Positions 9,424 through 20,100 of a stretch of DNA of 64,000 nt are shown here, in pieces. Location: contig CAVVPN010000003.1 in the NCBI GenBank assembly GCA_963750165.1, positions 3,392,001-3,456,000 on the forward strand, given 5' to 3'. Made by a program: the position numbers and the translations under genes. The notes under the pieces were generated by a model. The model did no database searches and had not been told where the DNA came from. It worked only from the letters and a program-made list of their open reading frames with translations. The stretch's first letter is position 1; every line of letters starts with the position of its first letter. This DNA comes from an uncultured Gemmataceae bacterium. GTDB taxonomy: Bacteria; Planctomycetota; Planctomycetia; Gemmatales; Gemmataceae.

Positions 9424-9755
9424 GCGGCACAGGCGATACCCGAAAGGTGTGCGCAGCGCCATTGGCCTGCCCCCGCACCATCTGTGGGTGTGGGGTTCTG
9501 TCCACAACCAGCCTCCCTGATGGGAGACCGTGGGAGTGTACGGCCATTGGTTGGAACCGAGAAAGATGACGGTTGCGTCCTGTGGTGAACCACTGGCTTC
9601 TGGCATAAATTCTTGCATCCCAGTGGTTCCCGCTTCTCGTTGGCGAAATCCGGCTCTGGGTTGCCGCCCGGTGCGCGAAGGCTGCTCGGAACGTCGTACA
9701 GGTTTGCCTGTATAAGTGGCTGTCAGTTCTCTCCCTTGAGAAAAGTGAGTTTCTC
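9424..9755 (+). ncRNA. Candidate structured 5' leader RNA; the 5' part loosely resembles a c-di-GMP-I (GEMM) riboswitch
   Basis: Stems: ATACC-CGAAA-GGTGT; GCCATTGGCC/GGCCATTGGT enclosing CCCCGCACC/GGTGTGGGG and CTCCC/GGGAG; GAACCACTGG/CCAGTGGTTC (9587-9629); TACAGG-TTTG-CCTGTA (9697-9712). Confidence 0.35.
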
Positions 9756-9866
9756 ATGACCTTCTCCTCATGGCGCAAGTTTGTCCAGGGCATCGTTCCC
9801 AAAATACATTCTGGACGACGAAAGCCACAGTTGCTGGTTCCGCCGACCGAATCCTGCTCGGGATAA
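9756..9866 (+). CDS. 36-aa uORF or remnant resembling the adhesin leader N-terminus
   Basis: MTFSSWRKFVQGIVPKIHSGRRKPQLLVPPTESCSG*, versus adhesin MTLSTWRKLV. Upstream context AAGTGAGTTTCTC-ATG versus AAGTGAGCTTCCC-ATG. Confidence 0.45.
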   Translation: MTFSSWRKFVQGIVPKIHSGRRKPQLLVPPTESCSG

Positions 9867-10066
9867 CCACCTGGCTGGAAGGTGCGGCCACACTTTCCCG
9901 CCGAGCGATCCGGTCTGGAACATCCCGTCCCTTCCGTGGTGGACGAACTCCAATCCGTTGTTTCTTTCGCCGCCCCCCGCCCCGCCCTCGAGGATGGCGT
10001 GATTACCTGGACCCTTTTTGGCACGAATCTGTGAAAACCCCCCCCTGAAAATCAAGTGAGCTTCCC

Positions 10067-13000
10067 ATGACTCTCTCCACGTGGCGAAAGTTGGTGCATC
10101 TGGTCCGCGAAACCCCGCGCCCGGCCCGCCGTGGCCAGCGCCTGGCGACCGACGACCGTTTCTTCCGCGGCCTCTGGCTCGAGCCGCTCGAAGACCGCAC
10201 CCTCCTCTCGACATTTCAGTGGCTCGGCGGCGGCGCCACTGCGAACTGGAACGACCCCACCAACTGGAATCGGACTGCCGGCACCACCGGCACCTTTCCC
10301 AGCGTCGCTGGCGACATCGCCCGCTTCACCGGCACCTACACGGCGGCGCAGACGGTCACGGTCAACGTGGCGATCACGGTCGGTGAAATCGACTTCGGCA
10401 CCGCCAGCAATGTCACGATTGCCGCCAGCGGCAGCAACCTCCTGACCCTGCAGAACGCCACCGGCAACGCCGTCCTCAACGTCGGCAGCGGTGCCCTCAC
10501 CAACAGCGGCGTCGACCAGATCAACGCCCCGCTGGTCGTCAGCACCACCGACGCCGCCACCAACCCCGCCGCCCTGAGTGCCACCGTCGGCGGCGGCACC
10601 CTGCAACTGACCAACACCGCCACTGGCGCCACCGCCAACGTCCTGGGCTCCACCAGCACCTTCACCGTCAACACCGGCGGCACCCTGCGCGCCAGCGCTG
10701 CCGGCTCCGGCTCGCTGGTGACCGCCAACCTGGTCGATACCGGCGCCCTCGGCAGCGCCGCCGTCAACCTCGCCGGTGGCACCTTCACGCTCGACCCCAC
10801 CGCGTCCACCGCCAGCAACGGCCTGGCCAGCCAGTTCATCGGCACCACCGGCGGCACCCAGGAAAACCTCCTGAACTTTAACGACCCGACGGCGCTCTTG
10901 ACCGGCAGCCCGACCTTCGTGACATCGGCGGCAAGCACCACGGCTGGCCTGGCCAACACCATCAGTTTCGGCACCGCGGGCGGCACCGTGCCCTTCTACG
11001 CCAGCCAGACACAGAACACGAACTTCGGGGTCCGCCTGCAAGGCATGATTAACATCCCCCAGGCCGGCGCGGTCGCGTTCACCTCCAGCAGCGACGACGG
11101 CACCCGGCTGTTCGTCGATGGCACCCTGGTGGTCACCGACGACGGCCCCCACGGGGTGCAGAACCATTCCAACACCATCAACCTGTCCGCGGGCCTGCAC
11201 GACATCCGCCTGGACTTCGCGCAAGGCGGCGGCGGCGACGTGGCCCAGGTCTTCTACACCGTCGGCGGCATCACGCAACCGATCCCCTTCACCGCCCTGT
11301 ACACCCCCGACCCGCTCACGCTGGGCAACGCCGTCACCGTCTCCGCCAACTCCACCATTCAGCTCAATGGCAGCGCCTTCACCGACATCGGCCTGGGCGC
11401 CCTGACCGTCACCGGCAACAGCGCCCTCACCGTGGCCGGGGCCGCGGGCAAACGCCTCAACTTCGCCAGCAGCACCTTCACGGCCGGGGCCACGGGCGTC
11501 ACTACCCAGACCCTGACCGACACCCCGGATGTCAGCCTCGGCGTGGTCACCGCCACGCCGACGTCGCCCGCCACCCTCATCCTGGCCAAGGCCGGTCCCG
11601 GCCAACTCATCCTCGACAACTCGGTGGGCACGGCCAACGCCATCACCGGCACGACCATCGACGTCCAGGCCGGCAATCTGGCGGCCGTGGGCAGCGGCGA
11701 CCCGGCGGCAACCGATCCGCTCGGGTCGGCCTCCCTCATTCTCGACGGCGGTACCCTGACCCTGGACTCCCAGTTCGCCAACCCCACCGTGCCCTTCGAT
11801 AATGCGGTCGCCGTCAACCAGTCCAGCACCATCGTGGCCCCGATGGGCGGGGTGACGGTCGTCCTTGGCAGCGCGGCCAACGGCATCACCATCGCCAGCG
11901 GCAAGACCTTGACGCTCGCCCCCGTCGCCGGCGATCAACAGATTGCGGGTGCCACGCTGCAAATCAACGGCACGATCAGCGGCGCCGGCAGCGTGGTCGT
12001 GACCACCCTGCCCCTGGGAACCGCCCTGCCCCCGGGCGTCTCCTCGACCGCGGCGCTCGGGCTGACCAACACGATTACCGCCTTCGGCGCGACCGTCTAC
12101 ACCGCCAGTGGCTCGGTCGTCCTGGCCAACGCCGCCGCCAACACTTACACCGGCTCGACGGCGATCAACGGGGCCAACCTGGTGGTGCAAGGGCCCGCGG
12201 GCACGGGCGCGCCGACCGCGGCCATGGGCACCCTCACGCTGAACTTCGGCAGCAACCTCATCGTGAACAACGCCGGGACCGTGACGGGCACCACCGGCTT
12301 TGTCGTCAACCCGGGCGTCACGTTCCTCGTCGATGACAGCAGTTCCCCCGTCGCCGATCGGATCGGCGACACCGCGACCTTGACCCTCAATGGCGGCACG
12401 TTCACCTACCTGGCCAACGCCGCCGGCTCCACCGAGACCCTTGGGGCCCTGACCCTGGGTTTCGGCCAGTCCACCATCAACGCGGGAGTGACCGGCGGCG
12501 CCAACTCCACCTTGACCTTCGCCAGCCTGGCCCGCAACCTGGGCGCGACGGTCAACTTCACCGGCGGCGTCAACGGCACCGGCGACAACGTGGTGTTCAC
12601 CACCGCGACCTCCGTGACCGGCCTGCTCCAGGGCGTCGGCATCGGCAACGGTGGTGCCGGCATCCTGCCCTTCGCCGAGGTCAACGGCGGGGCCAACGCG
12701 GGCGATTTCGCCTCCTACAACCAGACCGGCACCATGGGCATCGCCGCCTTCACCGGCTACAACGTCCAGACCTTCAGTGGAGCCGGGCAAGTGACCGCGG
12801 CCGCGACCGACATCGTCCAGATCGAGGTGGGCGCCGGGCCGTCAACGGCGTTCACCATCACCGCGCCCGCCAACAACATCGCCGGCCTGGTGATCAACAA
12901 CACGTCCGGCCAGAACGTCAATTTCGCCCCCCTGCCGGACACCACCCTGAACATCTCCAGCGGCGGCATCATCACGCAAGGCAGCAGCGGCACGGTCACC

Positions 13001-14125
13001 CTCGGGAACAACACCTCCCAGAACAACGTGGCCGTCCCGCTCACGGGCGGCGGCTACTTCAGCCTGGGCAGCGGCACTACGCCGGAAGGCATCCTCTTCC
13101 AGAACGCCAGCGCCAACAACACCACCTTCAACTCGCCCATCGTCGATCCCGCGAGCGGCCATGGCAGCCTGACGATCTCCGGCACCAACACCGTCAGCTT
13201 CCCTGCGCTGAATCTGGGCAGCGCCTTCACGAACACGACCATCAACCAGAACGCCGCCCAGACCCTGACCATTGACCCGGCGGCCACCGGCGGCACCTTC
13301 AAGCTCACGTTCAACGGGCAGACCACGGCCCCCATCCTCTACGTGCCCGCGACCCCGGCCACCACGGCCACCAACATCCAGAACGCGCTCAACGCGCTGC
13401 CCGGCGTCGGCCGCGACGCGGTTGGCAACAACAACTTCACCGTCTCGACCACCTTCGCGGCCGCCGGCAGCAACGAAGTCTTCGTCATCACCTTCATCAA
13501 CCAGCTGGGCGGCCAAAACTTCCCGGAGATGACGGTGGACACCTCCGGCCTGGTGGGCGCCACTCCCGCCAACAGCTCGGTGGTCACGACGATCAACGGC
13601 GGCCAGGCGGACACGTACACGGGCACCACCACGATCAACGCGGGCACCACCATCATTCAGAACAACCGGAACTTCGGCAGCGGCCCGCTGGTCCTCAATG
13701 GCGGCACCCTGCAGAGTTCGGGCACCACGGGCACGGGCTCCGGCAACGTCCTGAACAACCCCACCACCATTAACGGCCCGGTCACCCTGACCACCAACAA
13801 CGGCCCCAACGTCGGCCTGACCGGCAACACCAGCAGCGCCAACGCCACCTGGACGTTCGCGGGCCCCATCACGCTGGCGCCCACCAACCGCCTCACGGTC
13901 AACGGCGGCAACAGCCCCGTGGCCTTCACTGGCGTCGTCAGCGGCGCGCAGTTGTACATGGCCGGCGGCAACAGCGCCACCAGCGGCTTGCAACTGCTCA
14001 ACCCCGGCAACACCTTCGCCGGCACCACCCTGGCCGGCGGCACCATCACCGTGGGCGCGGCCGGCGCTGCGGCGCGGGCACCCTCACCCTGGCGGGCGGC
14101 AGCCTGGACTCCTTCGCCGACGTGA
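10067..14125 (+). CDS. Giant adhesin segment 1: planctomycete extracellular leader, beta-helix repeats, PA14 domain
   Basis: LWLEPLEDRTLLS leader, autotransporter-associated beta-strand repeats (NTYTGSTAING) and a PA14 domain at ~10815-11300 (SSDDGTRLFVDG, LHDIRLDFAQGGG). Confidence 0.85.
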   Translation: MTLSTWRKLVHLVRETPRPARRGQRLATDDRFFRGLWLEPLEDRTLLSTFQWLGGGATANWNDPTNWNRTAGTTGTFPSVAGDIARFTGTYTAAQTVTVNVAITVGEIDFGTASNVTIAASGSNLLTLQNATGNAVLNVGSGALTNSGVDQINAPLVVSTTDAATNPAALSATVGGGTLQLTNTATGATANVLGSTSTFTVNTGGTLRASAAGSGSLVTANLVDTGALGSAAVNLAGGTFTLDPTASTASNGLASQFIGTTGGTQENLLNFNDPTALLTGSPTFVTSAASTTAGLANTISFGTAGGTVPFYASQTQNTNFGVRLQGMINIPQAGAVAFTSSSDDGTRLFVDGTLVVTDDGPHGVQNHSNTINLSAGLHDIRLDFAQGGGGDVAQVFYTVGGITQPIPFTALYTPDPLTLGNAVTVSANSTIQLNGSAFTDIGLGALTVTGNSALTVAGAAGKRLNFASSTFTAGATGVTTQTLTDTPDVSLGVVTATPTSPATLILAKAGPGQLILDNSVGTANAITGTTIDVQAGNLAAVGSGDPAATDPLGSASLILDGGTLTLDSQFANPTVPFDNAVAVNQSSTIVAPMGGVTVVLGSAANGITIASGKTLTLAPVAGDQQIAGATLQINGTISGAGSVVVTTLPLGTALPPGVSSTAALGLTNTITAFGATVYTASGSVVLANAAANTYTGSTAINGANLVVQGPAGTGAPTAAMGTLTLNFGSNLIVNNAGTVTGTTGFVVNPGVTFLVDDSSSPVADRIGDTATLTLNGGTFTYLANAAGSTETLGALTLGFGQSTINAGVTGGANSTLTFASLARNLGATVNFTGGVNGTGDNVVFTTATSVTGLLQGVGIGNGGAGILPFAEVNGGANAGDFASYNQTGTMGIAAFTGYNVQTFSGAGQVTAAATDIVQIEVGAGPSTAFTITAPANNIAGLVINNTSGQNVNFAPLPDTTLNISSGGIITQGSSGTVTLGNNTSQNNVAVPLTGGGYFSLGSGTTPEGILFQNASANNTTFNSPIVDPASGHGSLTISGTNTVSFPALNLGSAFTNTTINQNAAQTLTIDPAATGGTFKLTFNGQTTAPILYVPATPATTATNIQNALNALPGVGRDAVGNNNFTVSTTFAAAGSNEVFVITFINQLGGQNFPEMTVDTSGLVGATPANSSVVTTINGGQADTYTGTTTINAGTTIIQNNRNFGSGPLVLNGGTLQSSGTTGTGSGNVLNNPTTINGPVTLTTNNGPNVGLTGNTSSANATWTFAGPITLAPTNRLTVNGGNSPVAFTGVVSGAQLYMAGGNSATSGLQLLNPGNTFAGTTLAGGTITVGAAGAAARAPSPWRAAAWTPSPT

Positions 14126-17100
14126 CCCTCGCCAACCCGGTCGCGTTCGCCCCTGGCGTCACCAGCGTCATCAGCGGCAGCAATAATCTCAACCTGGCCG
14201 GTCCGATCGTCCTGTCGGGCGTGGGTTTGCTGAGCGTCACGAACACCGCCATGACCACCCTTTCCGGGGCCATCAGCGGCCCCGGTTACCTGACCATGTC
14301 GGGCTCCGGCACTCTCAGCCTGGCGGCCAGCGCCAACACCTTGGGCGGCATCGCCGTGGTCGGCGGCACGCTCGTGCTGCCCAGCGCGGCGGCCCTGGGC
14401 ACCGGGTCGCTGGGCCTGGGTGGCGGCACGCTCCTGGCCTCCGGCCCGCTCTCGCTCGCCAACCCCCTGCTCCTGACCGGCACCAGCTCCCTGGCCGGCA
14501 GCAACGCTCTGACCTTCACCGGCACGACCACCCTGGAGGGGAACACCACGCTCAACGTGGCCAACTCGACCACCCTGAGTGGGGTCGTCGGCGAGGTCGG
14601 CGGGTCCAGGTCGTTGACCGCGGCCGGCAGCGGCACGCTGTCGCTGGCCGGCGCCAACACTTTTTCCGGCGGCTTCAACCTGAGCACCCCGGTCACGTCG
14701 TCCGCCCCGGGCCTGCTCGCCATGTACTACGACCTGGCCTTCTCCCCCACGAGCCTGGCCAGCGTCAACTACAACGCCACGCCCAACGCCACCCGCGTCG
14801 AGGCGTCGATCAGCTACCCCAACATCCTTACCTCCTTACCCGCCGGCATCAACCAAACCAACATCGCCGCCCAGTGGGTGGGCCTGCTCAACATCGTCCA
14901 GGCCGGCACGTACGTCTTTGACACCAACAACGACGACGGCGCCGGGACCTACGTGGACGGCGTCGCGGTGGCCGTGCTTGACCGCCTCGCCGGCTTCAAC
15001 GCCACGCCGGCGGCCGGCGCCCCGATCTTCCTGTCGGCGGGCCTGCACACCTTCCGCACGCTCTTCTACCAGGCCGGCGGCGGCGCCGGCGTTGTCGTCC
15101 GCTACACCGGCCCGGACACCGGCGGCAACCCCCAGGTCGTCGCGGCCCAGACCACCCCAGGCGGCCCCGGGTTGGTCACGCCCCAGGCCACGGCCGTGGG
15201 CAAGCCCACCGTCGTGGTGGGCACCAACACCTCCCTGGGGACCGGGCCGGTGGCGCTCAACGCCGGCGTGCTCCAGGCGAGCAGCGCGGTCACCCTCGCC
15301 AACCCCCTCGCCGTCAACAGCGCCCCGAGCGCCCCGGTGACGTTCGCGGGCAGCGCCATCACCTTCACCAGCCCGCTCAGCGTGGCGAGCGGCATCGGGG
15401 TGGCGGCCAACAACACGACCACCTTCACCGGCGCCATTACCGGGCCCACCACCGCCACCGCCGGTTCGTTCGTCACGGGTTTCGGCGGCGACGGCACGGG
15501 CTGGACGTTCAACAGCGCCGGCATCGGCGGCACGCCGGTCACCACCGACATGCTCACGCTCACCGACGGCGCCAACGGCGAGTCCCGGAGTGCGTTTTTC
15601 AACACGCAGGTGCAGCCGACGGGCGGCTTCACGGTGGCCTTCACCTACACGCCCGGCGGCAGTCTGGGAGCCGACGGCACGACCTTCACCCTGCAGAACG
15701 ACCCGCGCGGCACCGCCGCCCTGGGGGGAGGCGGCGGCAGCTTCGGCTACAACGGCATCATCAATAGTGTCGCGGTCGAGTTGAACATCTACACGGGGGC
15801 GGCCGGCGGCATCGGCACGGCCCTCGGCACCGCGGCCACCCCGATCCCCGCCGCCACCCCCGTCACCCCCGTCACCCTGAACAGCGGCGACCCGATCAGC
15901 GTTATCCTGGTCTACAACGCCAGTGCCCAGACGATCACCGAAACCCTGACGGATTCGATCGCCAGCACCACCAAGACCACCACGTTCGGCGGCGTCAACC
16001 TGTTGAGTCTCCTGGGCAGCACCAGCGCCTACATGGGCTTCACCGGCGCCACCGGCGGAGCCAACTCCATCCAAACCGTCAGCAATTTCGTCTACGTGCC
16101 GACAACGACCGTGCCCACCATTGGCCTGACCCAGGGGGGCACGGGCAACCTGGTGTTGACCGCCGCCAACACTTTCCCCGGCACCGTCACCGTCGGGAAC
16201 GGCACCTTGACCCTGAGCGGCAACGGCGCCTTGACTGCGGCGCCCGCCGCGAGCGCCGTCCAGACCCTGGTCTTCGGCGCCAACGTCACCGGCGGCACGT
16301 TCACGCTCACCTTCAACGGCCAGACCACGGCCCCGATCACCTGGGACCCGACCCCCGCCACCCTCGTCAGCAACATCCAGGCCGCCCTCAACGCGCTATC
16401 CACCATCGGTACGGGCAACACCCTGGTCGCCGGCACCGGGCCGTTCACCATCACCTTCCAGAACGCCCTGGCCAACCGCAGCGTCCCGACGATGACGTTT
16501 GACGCCACGAACCTGACCGGCGACACGATCCAGTTGCTCATCACCGTGACCCCCGGCGCCAGCGGCCTCCCCGCGGTAGCCGTCAACCAGGGCGGCACCC
16601 TGACCCTGGACAACACCGGCACCAACAACACCGACCGCATCGCCAACAGCGCCCCCATTACCCTCAGCGGCGGCACCCTCAACTTCCTGGGCAACGCCAC
16701 GGCCGCCTCGACCGAGACCGTGGGCGCCCTTACCCTGGGGGCGGGCACTTCAACGGTGAACACGACGCCGGGCACCGGCCAAACCGCTGCCCTGACCTTC
16801 GCGAGCCTGACACGCGCTGTCGGCTCGGGCGGCGCCGTCAACTTCACCGGCACGGGGCTGGGCGGTGCCAGCAACAAGGTGCTGTTCACGACCGCGCCCA
16901 CCCTGACCAGCGGCCTGCTGCCCTACGCCACAGTCAACGGCACCGAGCTGGCGAGCTACACGGCGGCGAACGGCGCCCAGACCTACACCGCCAGCGGCGG
17001 CACCTACAAGACGACGGTCACGGCCTCCACCGCCGCCACCGACAACGTCAACCTCGCGTCCAACGACACGGTCACGGCCAGCAAGACCATCAACTCGCTG

Positions 17101-20100
17101 ACGATCACCGGCGACCGCACCTTGACCATCAACCCGGGCGTGACCCTGACCGTCACCAGCGGCGCGCTCCTCGTCACCGGCACCACCGCCGGCGCCCAGA
17201 TCACGGGCGGCGGCACCCTGGTGCTGGGCCAGGCCATCATCACCACGGCCGCCGGCTCCATCCTGACCGTCAACACGCCACTGAGCGGCACCAACCTGAC
17301 TCTGGCGGGCAGCGGCACCGTCAACCTGCCGACGGCCAACGCCTTCACGGGCTCGACCACCCTGGCCGGCGCCACGCTGAACCTGGGCGACGTCAAGGCC
17401 ATCGGCGCCGGCGGCCTGGCGCTGGTGAGCGGTACCCTGACGGCCACCGCCACCGGCGGCCTGCTGCTGACCAACCCGCTGACGTTCAACAACAGCGTCG
17501 TCACCCTGGGCGGCACCAACCCGCTGCTGTTCTCCGGGGCGGCCAACCTGCTGGGCACCAACAACACGCTGACCGTGACCAACACGGCGGCCACCGTGCT
17601 CGATGGCGTGGTGGGCGGGGCGGCGAACTTGACCAAGGCGGGTCCGGGTACGCTGGTGCTGGCAGGCGCCAACACCTTCACGGGCCAGACCAACGTCAAC
17701 GCCGGCATCCTGCAGGCGCAGAGCGGCGCCGCCCTGGGGAGCGTGGTCGTGGTTGCCGCAGGCGCCAGCGTGCAGGTGCTGGGGTCGGGCCTGACCATCG
17801 CCAGCTCGATCTTCCTCAACGGCACCGGGGTCAACGGCGCCGGGGCCCTGGAGAACCTGGGCGGCGGCAACAATACCTGGTCGGGCGGCATCACGCTCCT
17901 CTCGGCCGCCACCATCAGCATCGACGCCGGCACCACGCTCACCGTCCCGGGCCTGGCCGGCCCCGGCGATTTCACCAAGGTGGGGGCCGGAACGCTGGTT
18001 ATCACCAGCTCCAGTACCTACACGGGCCAGACCAACATCAACCAGGGCGTGGTCAATGTGCAGAACGGCCTCGCCCTGGGTCTGCCTACCGGCGCCGTCA
18101 TGGTCAACACCGGCGCCGTCCAGAACCTGGCCTTCACCGGCGCCCCCACCGGCGGCACCTTCGTCCTGAACGTCAACGGCACCAACACCGCGGCCATCAC
18201 GTACAGCACGACCTTCAGCACGCTGCAGGCGAACATCAGCGCCGCGCTGGCCGCGCTGCCGGCCATCGGCTCAGCCGCCAACGTCGCCGTCAGCGGCACC
18301 GCGCGCAGCGTCGTCATCACCTTCCAGGGGACGCTGGCCGGCGCCTCCTGGGCGGCCATCACCGTTACCACCAACAGCCTGACCGGCGGCACCGCCCCGG
18401 GCATCCTGGTCACCACCAACAGCGCCAGCCTGCAGCTACAAAACACCATCACGGTTCCCGGCAAGAACATCACGCTCAACGGCCCCGGCTTCGGCTTCGC
18501 CGGCGGGCTGCCGCAGGGCGCCCTCGTCAACCAGGCCAACAACAACAGCTGGACCGGCGACATCACGCTGGCCAACGGCGCCATGATCGGCGGCGTGTCC
18601 GGCACCACGCTGACCGTCGGCGGCGTCGTCAGCGGCACCGACCTGACCAAGGTGGGCGCCGACGCCGTGATCCTGCTCGGGAGCAACACCTTTACCGGCA
18701 ACCTCACCGTCAACGCCGGCGTCCTGACCCTGTCCAACGCCAACGCCTATACCGGGGCCACCACCGTCAATTACGCGGCCATCGGCGGCACCGCCGCCAC
18801 CGGCAGCAGCCAGATCGCCGGCACCACCTTCGGCGCCACCGCGCTGGTCCTGAACAACTTCGGCACCATCCTGAACAGCAGCAGCATCACCCTGAACGGC
18901 GCGGTCAATCCGGTCAACACCCTCAATGTGAACAACAGGGTCGGCGGCACGTTGACGCTGGACAACACGGCGTACAACCTGGTCGATAACGGCACCACGA
19001 ACCAGGGCCGCCTGGGCAACACCACGCCGATCAACATGAACGGCGGCACGCTCAACTTCGCGGCGGCCATCAACCCGGGCGTCGCCTCGGCGGAGACGCT
19101 CGGCCCCGTGACGCTGGCCGGCGGCCAGTCGCTGATCCGCACCGGCTACATGACCGTCTTCGGGGCCAGCGGCGCCTCGAGCCTCGGCTTCACGGTCCAG
19201 CCAGCCGGCGCCACCTCGACGCTCACCTTCTCCAGCCTGGCGCGGAACCCCGGCGCCACCGTCAATTTCGACGGCGGCGTCAACAACTACACGCCGATCA
19301 ACACCACGAGCAACCAGATCGTCGTCACCGCGCCCCTGGCCGCAGCGATGAAGTTCGTCGGCCACCAGGGCACCATCCTGCCGTTCGCCGAGGTGGGCGG
19401 CGGCCTCAACGCCGGTGACCTCGCCGGCGTCACCACCACGGCCGGCGTCACCAACATCGTGCCGTTCACCAACTACCTGGTCCAGACGGTGGCCAACAAC
19501 GGCGGCTTCCCCAACCCCGTCGTCCTGACCGGCGGCCCGCTCGACATCGTCAAGTTGGTGTCCAACGGCAGCGGCGTGGACATCGCCGCGGTCAACGGGG
19601 CCACCGAGGTCGGCACGACCGCGACCATTACCACGACGACGCCACATGGCTTCGTGGTCGGCCAGATTGTCAACATCAACAACGTCAGCCTGAACGGCGC
19701 GGCGGTCGGCACCTACAACGGTCAGTTCACCATCACGTCCGTGCCCAGCCCCACGACCTTTACCATCACGACCGGCACTGCGAACACGGCTCCCGCGGGT
19801 GGCGGCGCCGTTTCCGCCACGACGGGCACGGGCTCCGGCATTATCGTCAACGCCGCCTTCAACCAGACGATCGGCGCCCTGGTCATGGCCAACAACGTTG
19901 TCGCCAACCCCACCGCCAACTCGATCCCACTGCAGATCAACACCAACGGCTCCTTCTCGGTGGCTTCCGGGGCCTACATCTTCACGAGCACCTCGGGGTT
20001 GCAGGCCAACGTGGTCAACATCCAGGCCAGCGCCACCAGCCCGATCGTCCTGCCCGGGGAGACCTACCTCTTCCAGAACAGCACGGGCAACGTGAACTTC

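Noticed and set aside
14060..14080. Programmed ribosomal frameshifting at the junctions
   Set aside because: No slippery heptamer or homopolymer is present and the shift directions differ between sites. Sequencing error or mutation is more parsimonious.
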